A DNA stretch of 64,000 nucleotides from Candidatus Latescibacterota bacterium (GTDB lineage: Bacteria > Latescibacterota > UBA2968 > GCA-2709665): the NCBI GenBank assembly GCA_963667175.2, contig CAXXXF010000017.1:43256-107255 (forward strand), read 5' to 3'. Position numbers and translations under genes: made by a program. The notes beneath the pieces are model-generated. The model had not been told where the DNA came from, did no database searches, and saw only the letters and a program-made list of their open reading frames with translations. Position 1 is the first letter of the stretch. The number at the start of each line of letters is the position of its first letter. Positions 40,667 to 51,004 of the stretch are shown here, one piece after another.

Positions 40667-43252
40667 ATGTTAGACGCTGAAACGAAACGCCGTATAGATA
40701 CTGCCCGCGATATCCTGGTCGGGAAGGTGCCGGATCCCAAGAGTCAGGTGGAGCAGATCACCATCGCGTTGATCTACAAGTTCATGGACGACATGGACGC
40801 CGTGAGCGAGGAACTCGGCGGCACGCGGAGGTTCTTCGCCGGCGAGTTCGCCCGGTTCGGATGGCCGAAGCTGATGCGCTCCGGTCTGGGCGGACATGAG
40901 ATGCTCAACGTCTACGCCGAAGCCATCGACCGCATGCCCGAGAACCCCGGTATTCCGCCGCTTTTCAGGGACATCTTCAACAACGCGTATCTCCCCTATC
41001 GCGACCCGGAAACGCTCCGCGCCTTTTTGAAGGTCATCGACGAGTTTACGTACGACCACAGCGAGCGCCTCGGCGACGCCTTCGAGTACCTGCTCTCGGT
41101 CCTGGGTTCGCAGGGCGACGCGGGCCAGTTCCGCACCCCGCGCCACATCATCGACTTCATCGTCGCAGTGATCGACCCGAAGAAAAACGAATCCATCCTG
41201 GACCCGGCCTGCGGCACCGCCGGGTTTCTGATTTCGTCGTACAAGCACATTGTCGAGGCCAACACCGACGACGACGGAAACAGCACGCTCACGCCCGACG
41301 AACGGGAAAAACTCACGGCAAACTTCAAGGGCTACGACATTTCACCCGACATGGTCCGCCTGTCGCTGGTGAACATGTACCTCCACGGCTTCCAGGACCC
41401 GCACATCTTCGAATACGACACCCTCACCAGCGAGGACCGATGGAACGAATACGCCGACGTGATTCTGGCCAATCCGCCGTTCATGTCGCCGAAGGGCGGA
41501 ATCCGCCCGCACAACCGCTTTTCCGTGAAATCCAAACGTAGCGAAGTGCTGTTCGTGGACTACATGGCCGAACACCTCACACCATCCGGCCGGGCCGGGA
41601 TCATCGTTCCTGAGGGCATCATCTTCCAGAGCCAGAACGCCCACAAACAGCTTCGCAAGATGCTTGTCGAGGAGTATCTGATCGCCGTCGCCTCCCTCCC
41701 CGCGGGCGTCTTCAATCCCTACTCCGGCGTCAAGACATCCATCCTCATCCTCGACAAAGCCCTGGCGAAAAGAACCGACAGCATCGCCTTCTTCAAGGTA
41801 GAAAACGACGGCTTCGACCTTGGCGCCCAGCGCAGAACGATCGACCAGAACGACCTCCTGCGGACCCAGCAGGCTGTGAAGGAATACATGGGCAATGTTG
41901 GAAACATGGATGGACCTGTCTGCCGTGCCGGGCACGGCACAGGCAGGCAGGATGGGCAGGATAAAGGCGAACCACCCCCCGCCGCCGATCAGTCAATCCT
42001 GGAGCAACTCATTCAGCAAGGGACCGCCCTCATCGCAAAAAAAGACAAGATCGCGGAGAACGGGGAATACAACCTGAGTGGGGAGAGGTATAGGGAATAC
42101 AGAACCAACGATACAAAATACGCCTGGGTAAACCTTGGCGAAATTATCTTGGGCAAACCGACGTACGGTTCCGGGGCACGCAAAGTTACATACGATAACA
42201 AAGTACGATATGTGCGGATAACTGACATCACAGACGACGGAGAACTCCGTTCAAACGATTCAGTTTCGCCTTCACTAATCGAGCCAGACCTCTTCTTGAA
42301 ACCTGGTGACCTGCTTATCGCACGCTCGGGCTCCGTTGGACGTACCTACATGCACGGAAATCAGCAAGGAAATTATCAATACGCTGGTTACTTGATTCGT
42401 TTCCGTATCGATCCGACTAAAGCCGTTCCTGAATTTGTTTATCACGTAACCAAGTCAGAGACGTGGCGCGAATGGATAGACAGTAACTCGAAGACGGGCA
42501 CGCTTACCAATATTAACGCGAGACAGTATTCGAGCTTCAGTTTTCCCCTACCGCCTCTGGATGTGCAGCGGGAAATTGTGGAGGAGATTGAGGGGTATCA
42601 GCGGGTGATCAATGGCGCGCGCGCAGTCATCGAAAACTACCGGCCGCATATCCCCATCGACCCCGACTGGCCGATGGTGCATGTAGGTTCGCTTGCAAAT
42701 ATCGTCAGGGGCAGTTCTCCCCGCCCGAAGAGTGATCCGAGATATTACGGTGGTCCTATTCCACGACTCATGGTCGCGGACATAACACGAGACGGGATGT
42801 ATGCAACACCTCGACTTGACTCATTGACCATTGAAGGAGCAGTTAAAAGCCGTCCTATGAAAAAGGGGGATGTAGTTGTCACCGTGAGCGGCAATCCTGG
42901 ACTGCCAACTATTCTGGCTACGGACGCATGCATTCATGACGGATTCGTTGGACTACGCAATCTGAAGTGTGATGTGGTGCTACCTACGTTTCTCTATTAT
43001 TGCCTCCTCGCACAGCATGATCTGCATGGTACCCAATCGGTAGGTGCCGTGTTCAAGAATCTCACAACACATCAAATACGGGACTTTAGAATTCCTCTGC
43101 CTAACTGTGAAACCCAGCAAGCCATCGTCGCCGAGATTGATGCCGAACAGGCCGCAGTCGCCGCAAATCGCGAACTGTTAACACGATTCGAAAAGAAGAT
43201 TCAGGCGGCTATTGGGAGGGTGTGGGGCGAGACTAAGAAAAACGCGCAATAG
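40667..43252 (+). CDS. Fused type I methyltransferase-specificity protein (HsdM-HsdS)
   Basis: GQFRTPR, DPACGTAGF, NPPF (N6-adenine MTase) followed by two TRD/coiled-coil units (PLPPLDVQREIV; PLPNCETQQAIV). Confidence 0.88.
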   Translation: MLDAETKRRIDTARDILVGKVPDPKSQVEQITIALIYKFMDDMDAVSEELGGTRRFFAGEFARFGWPKLMRSGLGGHEMLNVYAEAIDRMPENPGIPPLFRDIFNNAYLPYRDPETLRAFLKVIDEFTYDHSERLGDAFEYLLSVLGSQGDAGQFRTPRHIIDFIVAVIDPKKNESILDPACGTAGFLISSYKHIVEANTDDDGNSTLTPDEREKLTANFKGYDISPDMVRLSLVNMYLHGFQDPHIFEYDTLTSEDRWNEYADVILANPPFMSPKGGIRPHNRFSVKSKRSEVLFVDYMAEHLTPSGRAGIIVPEGIIFQSQNAHKQLRKMLVEEYLIAVASLPAGVFNPYSGVKTSILILDKALAKRTDSIAFFKVENDGFDLGAQRRTIDQNDLLRTQQAVKEYMGNVGNMDGPVCRAGHGTGRQDGQDKGEPPPAADQSILEQLIQQGTALIAKKDKIAENGEYNLSGERYREYRTNDTKYAWVNLGEIILGKPTYGSGARKVTYDNKVRYVRITDITDDGELRSNDSVSPSLIEPDLFLKPGDLLIARSGSVGRTYMHGNQQGNYQYAGYLIRFRIDPTKAVPEFVYHVTKSETWREWIDSNSKTGTLTNINARQYSSFSFPLPPLDVQREIVEEIEGYQRVINGARAVIENYRPHIPIDPDWPMVHVGSLANIVRGSSPRPKSDPRYYGGPIPRLMVADITRDGMYATPRLDSLTIEGAVKSRPMKKGDVVVTVSGNPGLPTILATDACIHDGFVGLRNLKCDVVLPTFLYYCLLAQHDLHGTQSVGAVFKNLTTHQIRDFRIPLPNCETQQAIVAEIDAEQAAVAANRELLTRFEKKIQAAIGRVWGETKKNAQ
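41915..41947. repeat. 33-bp palindrome inserted in frame within a 9-mer repeat copy inside hsdMS
   Basis: CCTGTCTGCCGTGCCGGGCACGGCACAGGCAGG splits CATGGATGGA from CAGGATGGGCAGGATAAA. Confidence 0.75.
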
Positions 43253-43258
43253 GATGAG

Positions 43259-43981
43259 ATGATGGAAGACGCACTCGAGATGAACGAGTTTCTCCCAATT
43301 TCGTTCAAAACGATCGAAGAAGGCGAATACGTTGCTTTTCTTTGGAGTAGCTTTGAGTCGAATTTCACTCAGCGCAAATTCCAGTTCGCGTACCTGGCCT
43401 TTCACATGCTTGCGATGAGCATTGTATATTTCAAGATCTGGCAGATAAAGCACGCAAGGCCAGAGGAATTTAGAAGAGCCTTAATTGGCTTTAGTAATCA
43501 CGAAGAAAAGGACATCCTGAAGACCACCTCACCCTTTACGTTTAGCATGGTATCGGAGCGCAGAGTTTTTCGTTTTCTCAAACTCGTTGGATGTGATAAC
43601 GGCCAGATTGGAAATTACGCGAGACTTGTCGACGACCGCAATGAGATGGCACATCCGAATGGCCATATTTACGTAAAGTCACAGGACCAACTTGACGCGA
43701 AGATTAGGAATATCCTGAGGGTGATGAGTGACATTCATGCGCAATCCAAACCGATCGTCGAGTCCTGCTATGAAGAGTTTCTCTTGAGCAACTTCGACCC
43801 CGAGACCCGAGAGTACTTTGATGAGAAAGATCAGATCAGGGAAGTTCTAATCCACCATAATTACCTTTCTCCGAAGGACATTGAACTCTGCACCAGATTC
43901 AATGTCGGAGATCTGGCCAATCGGCGCGGATTTGAACATATGAAACGTCTTCACGATTGCTTACTTGCGGACTATGAATAA
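43259..43981 (+). CDS. Hypothetical protein with HEPN-like Rx4H motif
   Basis: Helical protein with RNEMAH (43637-43654); 6 bp downstream of hsdMS. Confidence 0.6.
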   Translation: MMEDALEMNEFLPISFKTIEEGEYVAFLWSSFESNFTQRKFQFAYLAFHMLAMSIVYFKIWQIKHARPEEFRRALIGFSNHEEKDILKTTSPFTFSMVSERRVFRFLKLVGCDNGQIGNYARLVDDRNEMAHPNGHIYVKSQDQLDAKIRNILRVMSDIHAQSKPIVESCYEEFLLSNFDPETREYFDEKDQIREVLIHHNYLSPKDIELCTRFNVGDLANRRGFEHMKRLHDCLLADYE

Positions 43982-44717
43982 AACGGACTGTTCACACCTC
44001 ACTGATTATCGTGCACGCCCCTGAATCAACACATACCAACAAGCCGCGGAACGTGTCAAGAGCAATGGGACGCCGAGAACGCCGACAGAGCGTTTAATTC
44101 CAGATGCGGATCCTAACTACGCAGTCATATGAGAATTGAGGGAAACAGTGTTACGCGAGATAAGGTTACGAAATTTCCGCGGGTTTGATGATCATCAGTT
44201 GCCGCTAAAGGATCTCACGGTAATCGTTGGAAAGAACAATGCAGGAAAGACAACATTGGTGGAAGCGCTCAGGCTTCTGTCCATAGTAGTATCCAGATAC
44301 CGAAATTTGACATATCGAAGACCCCCCGTTTGGACAGACTTACCGCATCGTGACTATGGTGTTGCTCCTTCTTTAAGGAATCTGGAGATAAATTTCCAAG
44401 GGATATTTCACAGGTATAATCCTCCACCAGCGATTTTGGAGGGGTTCTTCAAAAACGGCACGTCAGTTTCCATCTACGTGAATGACACACAAGAGATACA
44501 TGCTACAGTAAGGGACTCAGAAGGCAACGTCGTCCGTAGTCGGGATCAAGCAAGCAAAACTGACCTTCTAGGTGTAAGTATTATGCCTCAGGTCACGCCG
44601 CTTCAACTTACTGAAAAAGTGCTTACGCCCGAATACGTTCGAAGAGCAATGTCATCTGCATTGTCCTCATTGCATTTCGGAACGTGTCAATAGAAATGAG
44701 ACACCTCCCGTTGGGGT

Positions 44718-45731
44718 TTAGTGTAGCAGTTGTTGGCATTCGATGGTGTTCTGTGGTTGGTTAATCCAGACTTGGTCTGGAACGTGTGGTGGTCGAGGAT
44801 GCCCCTTAACAAATCGTTCAGGGTGGTTGTGATAAGCCTGATCCAGCACCGATTGTCTGGCGGCTTGCACCTGCTGTGTGAGCCCATGGTGGACGGTGTC
44901 GGGCGTGAGTAAGCCCAGTCCGCTGTGCCGGTGTTGCGTGTTGTACCAGGAAAAGAAGGTCTGTAAATAGGTACGGGCTTCTTGCGGACCGGTGAAGCGC
45001 CCGGGGTATGAAGGCGCGTATTTGAGCGTTTTGAACTGGCTTTCGGAATACGGGTTGTCATCGGAGACGCGGGGTCGAGCGTAGCTGGCCAGGATGTCGA
45101 GGTCCATCAGCAACTGCGAAAACGTCTTGGCTGTCATGGGTGCGCCGCGGTCCTGGTGCAGCGTCAGTTGTCGGGGTTGAATGCCCTGCTTGTTGCAGGC
45201 GTTGGTGATCAGGCGCTTGGCGTATGTGGCGCTTTCTCTTGTGGCGACCATCCAGGCCACGACATAGCGTGAGAACAGATCCAGTACGACGTAGAGGGGA
45301 TAGGTTTCCCACTTGCGGGTTCCTGGCAGCCGCGTGATATCCCATGTCCAGACCTGGTTGGGCGCATCCGCCATCAAGCGGGGCGGTTCCAGACGTGGAT
45401 GACGCCGCTGGTGTCGCCGCTGGGGCACCTCTCCTGCATCGTGCAGCAGACGGTACATGGTCCGGATCGAGCAGACATACCGCCCTTCCTCGAGCAGCGC
45501 GGCGTAGACTGCCGGTGGCGCCTGGTCTACGAAGCGGTCCTCGTGCAGGATGTCCAGCACGGTAGCGCGCTCGTTTTGGGAAAGCGCACGTGGCGACGAG
45601 GACCGGGCGCCACGAGGCCCGCGTTGGGCTGGCTGACGCGCACGGTAGACCGATGCCCGCGCCACACCCAGCGCCCGGCACGCGGAAGCCAACCCGACCT
45701 TCGGGGCCAGTTGTTCTGCCGCCCGTATCAT
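44718..45731 (-). CDS. IS3-family transposase OrfB (DDE integrase core)
   Basis: WTWDIT, LDLFSRYVVAW, HQDRG, DDNPYSESQFKTLK. Confidence 0.92.
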   Translation of the reverse strand: MIRAAEQLAPKVGLASACRALGVARASVYRARQPAQRGPRGARSSSPRALSQNERATVLDILHEDRFVDQAPPAVYAALLEEGRYVCSIRTMYRLLHDAGEVPQRRHQRRHPRLEPPRLMADAPNQVWTWDITRLPGTRKWETYPLYVVLDLFSRYVVAWMVATRESATYAKRLITNACNKQGIQPRQLTLHQDRGAPMTAKTFSQLLMDLDILASYARPRVSDDNPYSESQFKTLKYAPSYPGRFTGPQEARTYLQTFFSWYNTQHRHSGLGLLTPDTVHHGLTQQVQAARQSVLDQAYHNHPERFVKGHPRPPHVPDQVWINQPQNTIECQQLLH

Positions 45732-46195
45732 ACGTCGTCGTCGCCTGCTGGCGGATTCAGGGGGATGCCCAGGATCTCGGAGGCTTTTTTTTGGATCTCG
45801 AGGATCGTGTTCGCCTGTTCCAATCGTCGTCGCAAACGGGCGATCTCCTTGCGCAGTTGCTCGTTCTCGACGGATACCTCGTCGCGGCGACGCCCTTTCG
45901 GTCCCCGCAGCTTCAACAGCGCCTTGAGCGACCCCTCGCGACGCGCACGACGCCACTGCGTCAACTGCGAGGAATACAGACCCTCGCGGCGCAGCAGCGC
46001 GCCGACTTCACCAGGGGCACGGCACGCGTCGGCCTCTTCCAAGATGCGAAGCTTGTACTTTGCCGTGAAACGGCGACGCCGCGCACGCGCCGGCACTTCC
46101 GGATTCGGCCTCGTGGTTGTGGAGGTCCCGCGCGGGACCTCCACAACCAGAGACCCCTTGCTGCCGTTGCCTACAACATCGGTCCTTGACCTCAT
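45728..46195 (-). CDS. IS3-family OrfA (HTH)
   Basis: RRRFTAKYKLRIL...LLRREGLYSSQLTQWR; A8G slippery motif near 45784-45792; ATGA overlap with orfB. Confidence 0.88.
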   Translation of the reverse strand: MRSRTDVVGNGSKGSLVVEVPRGTSTTTRPNPEVPARARRRRFTAKYKLRILEEADACRAPGEVGALLRREGLYSSQLTQWRRARREGSLKALLKLRGPKGRRRDEVSVENEQLRKEIARLRRRLEQANTILEIQKKASEILGIPLNPPAGDDDV

Positions 46196-47511
46196 CTCTT
46201 GTTCTCCTCTCCGCCCATGATACGACATTAATCTCGAAGGGGGAGTTGTCTCACTCTATATTGGCACGTAGGGTTTTCGGAATCAGCTGAACTTGCTACG
46301 TGAGGATTTTTATTCCGAATTCCAGCGCGTGGTCGAAGACACTTGGCCAGGAGTACGGGTAATGGAGTTGTTGGTCCGAGGAAGGCAGCCCGACAAGCAG
46401 GTATTCTTGCACATTAGAAATGAAGACTTCGTGGGAGAAGTCGGACTGATGGGACATGGTTTGCAGATGTGGTTACAGGCTATGTGGTTTTTGACACGTT
46501 CTGCCCGAAGCACGACGGTCATTCTTGATGAACCTGACGTATACATGCACCCCGACCTTCAAAGAAGAGTAATCCGCTTTCTACGCAATCGATACCCCCA
46601 AACCATCTTGACAACACATTCGATTGAGATTATGGCGGAGGTCGAACCCGACAACATTCTTATCGTCGATAAAGCTCGAGACAGGAGTGATTTTGCGTCA
46701 ACACTTCCTGCAGTCCAAGAGATTACAAGCAACATCGGTAGCGTCCATAATGTCCATCTTTCGAGGCTCTGGACATCGAGAAGATTTCTCTTACTAGAAG
46801 GTAAGGACATCCGGTTTTTGAAACATTTCCAAGATGTTCTTTTTCCGAGTAGCAATGTACCGATGGAGACCATTCCTCATATGTCGATTGGAGGTTGGGG
46901 AGGTTGGAATTTTGCAATTGGATCGTCAATGGCATTACAAAATGCGATGGGAGAAGAGATCGAAGTGTATTGTATCCTTGACAGAGACTACCACACGGAG
47001 AGTGAGATAGAAGAAAGAATGAACAAAGCAATGGAACGAGGCATACACCTGCACATTTGGGCTCAAAAAGAGATCGAAAATTACCTTCTATCACCACCTG
47101 TAATTCATAGATATATCTCGCATCGCACCGCAACACGTACGGACCCTCCGTCGCAGTATGAAGTAAGTGAAAAGATTGAAGAATTGGCATGGAATTTGGA
47201 AGAGGATGTTTTCGATTCGCTCTCTAGCGAATTCCATATAGGCAACCGCAAGAGAGGATTGAGGGGAGCAAATGCCGCAGCGAGAAAATATATGAAACCA
47301 TATAAGGAGGACGGTTCAATAGTACCGATTGTTTCTGGTAAGTCCCTTCTTGCGAAGATCTCATCTTGGTCGAAGTCGGAATTCGGCGTGCAGGTCAGCG
47401 CGATAGGTTTAATCAGTGAGTTTCAGAAATCTGAGATCGACATTGAAGTGGTCCGTGTCATTACCGCAATTGAGCAACTCCGAGAATTTTAGGGCTTTCT
47501 CTATATAACCA

Positions 47512-47909
47512 TCTGCTTACTACGGCCGAAAAGGTTCAGTCTGTTGGATTTCAAAGGGTTCGCAAGTCTACCTGTACCATACAGGGGTCGGCGTCATTTC
47601 CAGTGGTAGGGCACCTCTGGTTTTGGGAAAGCGGATTACCAGAATGACAAGAACGAAGAATATTACGTTCCATTTAAATTTGAGTGGGCCTTAGGCGAAA
47701 GTGAATGGCACCAGGCACCGAGGGCATGGAAGATCAATAAGAAATGGAATTCAAGCCATCGGTTCACACAAACTGTGTTTGTTATTACCGAGGAGATGGC
47801 AGAGGAAATACAGGCAATATTCAAAAAAAACGGAAGGTACGGACTAATTTCCACAGATTTTCCAGCTTCTTTAATCACATTGGAAAGCCTTGGGAAGCAA
47901 TTGAAGTAG
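47512..47909 (+). pseudogene. 5'-truncated, frameshifted gene remnant, possibly a PUA/EVE-like domain
   Basis: SAYYGRKG...VYLYHTGVGVISSG continues after a frameshift near 47615 as GKADYQNDKNEEYYVPFKFEW...; no start codon. Confidence 0.4.
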
Positions 47910-47939
47910 GCGTTGGGTGAGGGTCATTCCCGCCGCTGA

Positions 47940-48307
47940 TTGAAACAGCCGTTTTGCAACACAAAAACGCCCCACACTCGCGTAAGCGAATACAGGGCTG
48001 TCCCAGATCTGACCACGCGTTGGACTAGTCGCTGAATGCCTTTATAGCAAGCCCTGCGATAGCCAAGATCGTCGTAACCTGCAACGGTACTACCCAACGG
48101 TAGAGACCGTCGATCTTGGCTTCCAGGGACGTGCGGGTAGTGTCGATCTTTGCGTCCACCGCGTCTATCTTTGTTTCCATCCGCCCCAAACGGACATCAA
48201 TCTGTTCGACCACGCCCTCCAACCGGGCAATACGCCCCTCGTGGTCCAATGGATAAGGGCGTTCCTGCGTTGGACTCGTCTCGGCCATCGACTTTCATCT
48301 CCACTTG
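47940..48307. repeat. Direct repeat copy A (about 370 bp, includes small coiled-coil gene)
   Basis: Aligns by eye with 57205-57572 across the gene and both flanks. Confidence 0.85.
48025..48288 (-). CDS. Small coiled-coil protein with C-terminal TM helix (DUF1640-like), copy A
   Basis: RIARLEGVVEQIDVRLGRMETKID...WVVPLQVTTILAIAGL; GGAG RBS; paralog at 57290-57553. Confidence 0.75.
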   Translation of the reverse strand: MAETSPTQERPYPLDHEGRIARLEGVVEQIDVRLGRMETKIDAVDAKIDTTRTSLEAKIDGLYRWVVPLQVTTILAIAGLAIKAFSD

Positions 48308-48337
48308 CTGCAGTTTGTTTGGTCAGGGGTACTAGGT

Positions 48338-48844
48338 TCAGATCAGTTGAAGATTCATAAGGCGGTAAGTCATCGCCTGCGGACTAACCTTAAATTTATC
48401 GGCGAGTCGCTCAAGGCCGTCGTCCTCGGTAAGGTCAAAGGGTTGTCGATCAAAAGCCTCCCTAACCCAATGTGCGGGCATGAGCAGAGCTGCTGCGAAC
48501 GCATTCGCTTCCATTTCTTCTGACTCGGTTCCAGAGCCAGACTCCATGTCGCGGAATTGTACGCGATATCCTTTGTCTATATAGGTCTCGCCTTTGTGAA
48601 GTAGGTAATGTGCGATTTCGTGCGCAATACTGAATCGCCGTCGATTGGAATGATGACCCCAGTTGACCCCGATTACAGCTCGGTTTCTTTTTCGGACAAG
48701 CACTCCCGAGCAATCTTCTCCAAGGTCCGCCAATTCGACCCTGACGCCCAAACAGGCGGCGACTTGCTCCACAGGTACGGGTGCAGAATGAACTCTCGCT
48801 CTTGCGAGTAGTCGATCTGCCTGTGTCTCAATCTCTATCGACAT
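48338..48844 (-). CDS. ImmA/IrrE family metallopeptidase (CapP-like)
   Basis: RRRFSIAHEIAH (HExxH), EMEANAFAAALLMP; coupled to HTH gene, divergent from CBASS. Confidence 0.88.
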   Translation of the reverse strand: MSIEIETQADRLLARARVHSAPVPVEQVAACLGVRVELADLGEDCSGVLVRKRNRAVIGVNWGHHSNRRRFSIAHEIAHYLLHKGETYIDKGYRVQFRDMESGSGTESEEMEANAFAAALLMPAHWVREAFDRQPFDLTEDDGLERLADKFKVSPQAMTYRLMNLQLI

Positions 48845-49193
48845 TGGTGCCGATCTTCTCTCGGCTACTTGCGATAAAAGAGACTACCTGGCTTTGGATC
48901 TCTTCCGCTACACCATCGGGGAGACTTGATAATTGGGCGGTTGCATCCGTTCCCGAATACTCGTCTCGTGACGGCAACAGCGAACGCATGTCAACGCTTA
49001 ATGCATCTGCTAGCGACCAAAGTGTGTGCAGAGTTGGCCGTTGATTTCCACTTTCAATGTTCGCAATTGAGCCACGTGCCAAATCACACCGTTGCGCAAG
49101 TTGGGTCTGCGATAGCCCGGCCTTTTGCCGGTATCGTTCAACTTTCTGCCCTACCAGTTCGTAGAGCCTCTCTGAGTTAGGTCGTCGTCGCAT
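48828..49193 (-). CDS. XRE-family HTH regulator (CapH-like)
   Basis: GLSQTQLAQRCDLARGSIANIESGNQRPTLHTL. Confidence 0.88.
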   Translation of the reverse strand: MRRRPNSERLYELVGQKVERYRQKAGLSQTQLAQRCDLARGSIANIESGNQRPTLHTLWSLADALSVDMRSLLPSRDEYSGTDATAQLSSLPDGVAEEIQSQVVSFIASSREKIGTNVDRD

Positions 49194-49206
49194 AATTCTA
49201 GCACAG

Positions 49207-49360
49207 AATTTAAGCAATCCCACATGAAGTGTCAAGCAATAAAAAGCAAATGTGTGAATTGTATCTCTCAAACGCCACAAGAGAGCCGAATATATCGCTT
49301 TTTAATGCAAGGCAATATAGTTTTTTATCCCTTGACATCAGATGGTGTTTTCATTAGATT
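49207..49360. promoter_or_regulatory. Divergent sigma70 promoters for capH/capP and CBASS
   Basis: Minus: TTGACA (49235-49230), 17 bp, TAAATT (49212-49207); plus: TTGACA (49332-49337), 17 bp, TAGATT (49355-49360). Confidence 0.65.
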
Positions 49361-49555
49361 CCCCAAAGTTCTGAGGCACGTCCATTTATTTGGATATTGA
49401 ACCCTTACAACCAATGAGACTGCGATTGATGCATTCCGTTACCATAAATTCGCGTCTCCAGCACAGTTTCCGACTGCGAACCACCACAAAACCCAGATAG
49501 AGACCTGTCGCACTCCGCTTTCTGGGGGCTCTTTGGAAAAAACAGGAGGTGTTCA

Positions 49556-50503
49556 GTGGAATACTTGAACCAGCAGCTAATCAACTACGTTAACCGGATC
49601 AAGCTTACTCAAGAGAAGAAATCCTCGTACGCCAATCAAATTGAGAATCTGAGGAACAATGTTCTCAGTGCCGTAAAGGAAATGGAGAACACCAGGGTGA
49701 CGAGAATATTACAAGCGGGGTCGTGGAAGAAGGGCACTGCGTTGGCCCCAAAGGGAGACTATCCGCTCGATATCGACATGGTGTTTTTCTTAGACGTTGA
49801 TGAAGATTCTTCGTTTGACGCTGAGGATCTGCGCGAGGACATAATCGACGTTTTATGTGGAGCATATCCAAACAAGGAAAGATCGGATTTTACTGATGGC
49901 CAAAAGACGATCGGCATTGTATTCAGGGGCACCGGGCTTGAAGCTGACATTGTGCCGTTTATCCCGGAGAAAGGAAATACGACATACGGCAGGCAACCTC
50001 GAAAAAAACTAAACTCAGGTGAGTTTAAAACCAGCGTTGACAAGCAACTGGAATTCATCAGCAAAATAAAAATTAAATGTTCGAATTTCACATCTATCGT
50101 CCGGATATTGAAGAGTTGGAGGAATTACAAGGAATTGGCACTTTCCTCCTTTGCGATTGAATTAGCGGCGGCCAATTTGGTTCACGAAGGGAGAATAAAT
50201 GGCTCTTCGATAAATCAGGCGATTGTCAGCTTCTTCGAGTTCTTCGGCAACGGTAATCCCGTCGAGGTGTATTTCTCGGGCGCAATTGGGCCAAAGGACG
50301 GCAACGCCCCATGCATAGCGGATCCGACAAACAACGAAAACAATACGATCAGGATGTCTGATAGTGAGTGGGACGAGATCGTCGAGATTGCCGAGAATAG
50401 CTTTGAGACGATTTCCTATGCGCAGGCAGTCAAGGAGACCGGAAAAACATTGGACCTGTGGAAGGAAGTTTTCGGACCGAGTTTCAATATTAATGAGGAG
50501 TAA
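49556..50503 (+). CDS. CBASS oligonucleotide cyclase (CD-NTase, SMODS)
   Basis: AGSWKKGTAL..DIDMV nucleotidyltransferase motif, ADIVP, ADPTN..NN, WKEVFG; AGGAGG RBS. Confidence 0.9.
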   Translation: MEYLNQQLINYVNRIKLTQEKKSSYANQIENLRNNVLSAVKEMENTRVTRILQAGSWKKGTALAPKGDYPLDIDMVFFLDVDEDSSFDAEDLREDIIDVLCGAYPNKERSDFTDGQKTIGIVFRGTGLEADIVPFIPEKGNTTYGRQPRKKLNSGEFKTSVDKQLEFISKIKIKCSNFTSIVRILKSWRNYKELALSSFAIELAAANLVHEGRINGSSINQAIVSFFEFFGNGNPVEVYFSGAIGPKDGNAPCIADPTNNENNTIRMSDSEWDEIVEIAENSFETISYAQAVKETGKTLDLWKEVFGPSFNINEE

Positions 50504-50508
50504 AACTA

Positions 50509-50991
50509 ATGAACGCCATCACGCGAACATATACAAGAACAGACATACGTAGAGTCTTCGAGAACTTTAAAGCAGACCTGCAAATGCTTGCGGTAAGGAC
50601 CCAAGCAATGGAATCAGACCATGCAGAAAGGTGTGCTGATGATGTCTGTATAATGGCCCAAGAAGAGTGTTTGAAGTGCGTCCATGTCCAATTGTATGAC
50701 GCTGCCGGAAATCTCATTAAGGTCCATCGGTATTCCGTAAAAAAGGACATTATATCAGATGCGCAAAGGCCTGGTGGAAATAGATGGCCATGCTTACCGT
50801 CCGGGACACTATGCGTGATAGTAGAATACTCAGATAGGGACAAGGCGGAACAACTCAAAGTGTCAGGCAAGTTAGAGCTACCTTGGAGCCCGTCAGCCCT
50901 GTCGACCGACTACTCCAGAATGCGAAACGACGCCGGCAGACTCTATTCCAGTAATACCTACGGATTACGCAGGGATACATTCGCGGTCTAA
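50509..50991 (+). CDS. Bacterial HORMA domain protein (Cap7-like)
   Basis: TRTYTRTD N-terminus, YSSNTYGLRR C-terminus; between CD-NTase and AAA ATPase. Confidence 0.8.
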   Translation: MNAITRTYTRTDIRRVFENFKADLQMLAVRTQAMESDHAERCADDVCIMAQEECLKCVHVQLYDAAGNLIKVHRYSVKKDIISDAQRPGGNRWPCLPSGTLCVIVEYSDRDKAEQLKVSGKLELPWSPSALSTDYSRMRNDAGRLYSSNTYGLRRDTFAV

Positions 50992-51004
50992 ACGGGACAA
51001 GATA

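Larger units (their letters stand above)
44678..46273 (-). mobile_element. IS3-family insertion sequence
   Basis: Imperfect IRs CGTGTCAATAGAAATGAGACACCTCCC / CGTGCCAATATAGAGTGAGACAACTCCCC; inferred 3-bp TTT target duplication; GC-rich relative to host gene. Confidence 0.9.
44148..47492 (+). pseudogene. OLD-like ATP-dependent nuclease (ABC ATPase plus TOPRIM), interrupted by an IS3-family element
   Basis: GKNNAGKT in the 5' part; ILDEPD..HP, TTHS, LLEGKD, LDRDY, EIENYL in the 3' part; excising 44678-46276 restores ...SLH-FRNQL in frame (581 aa). Confidence 0.85.
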
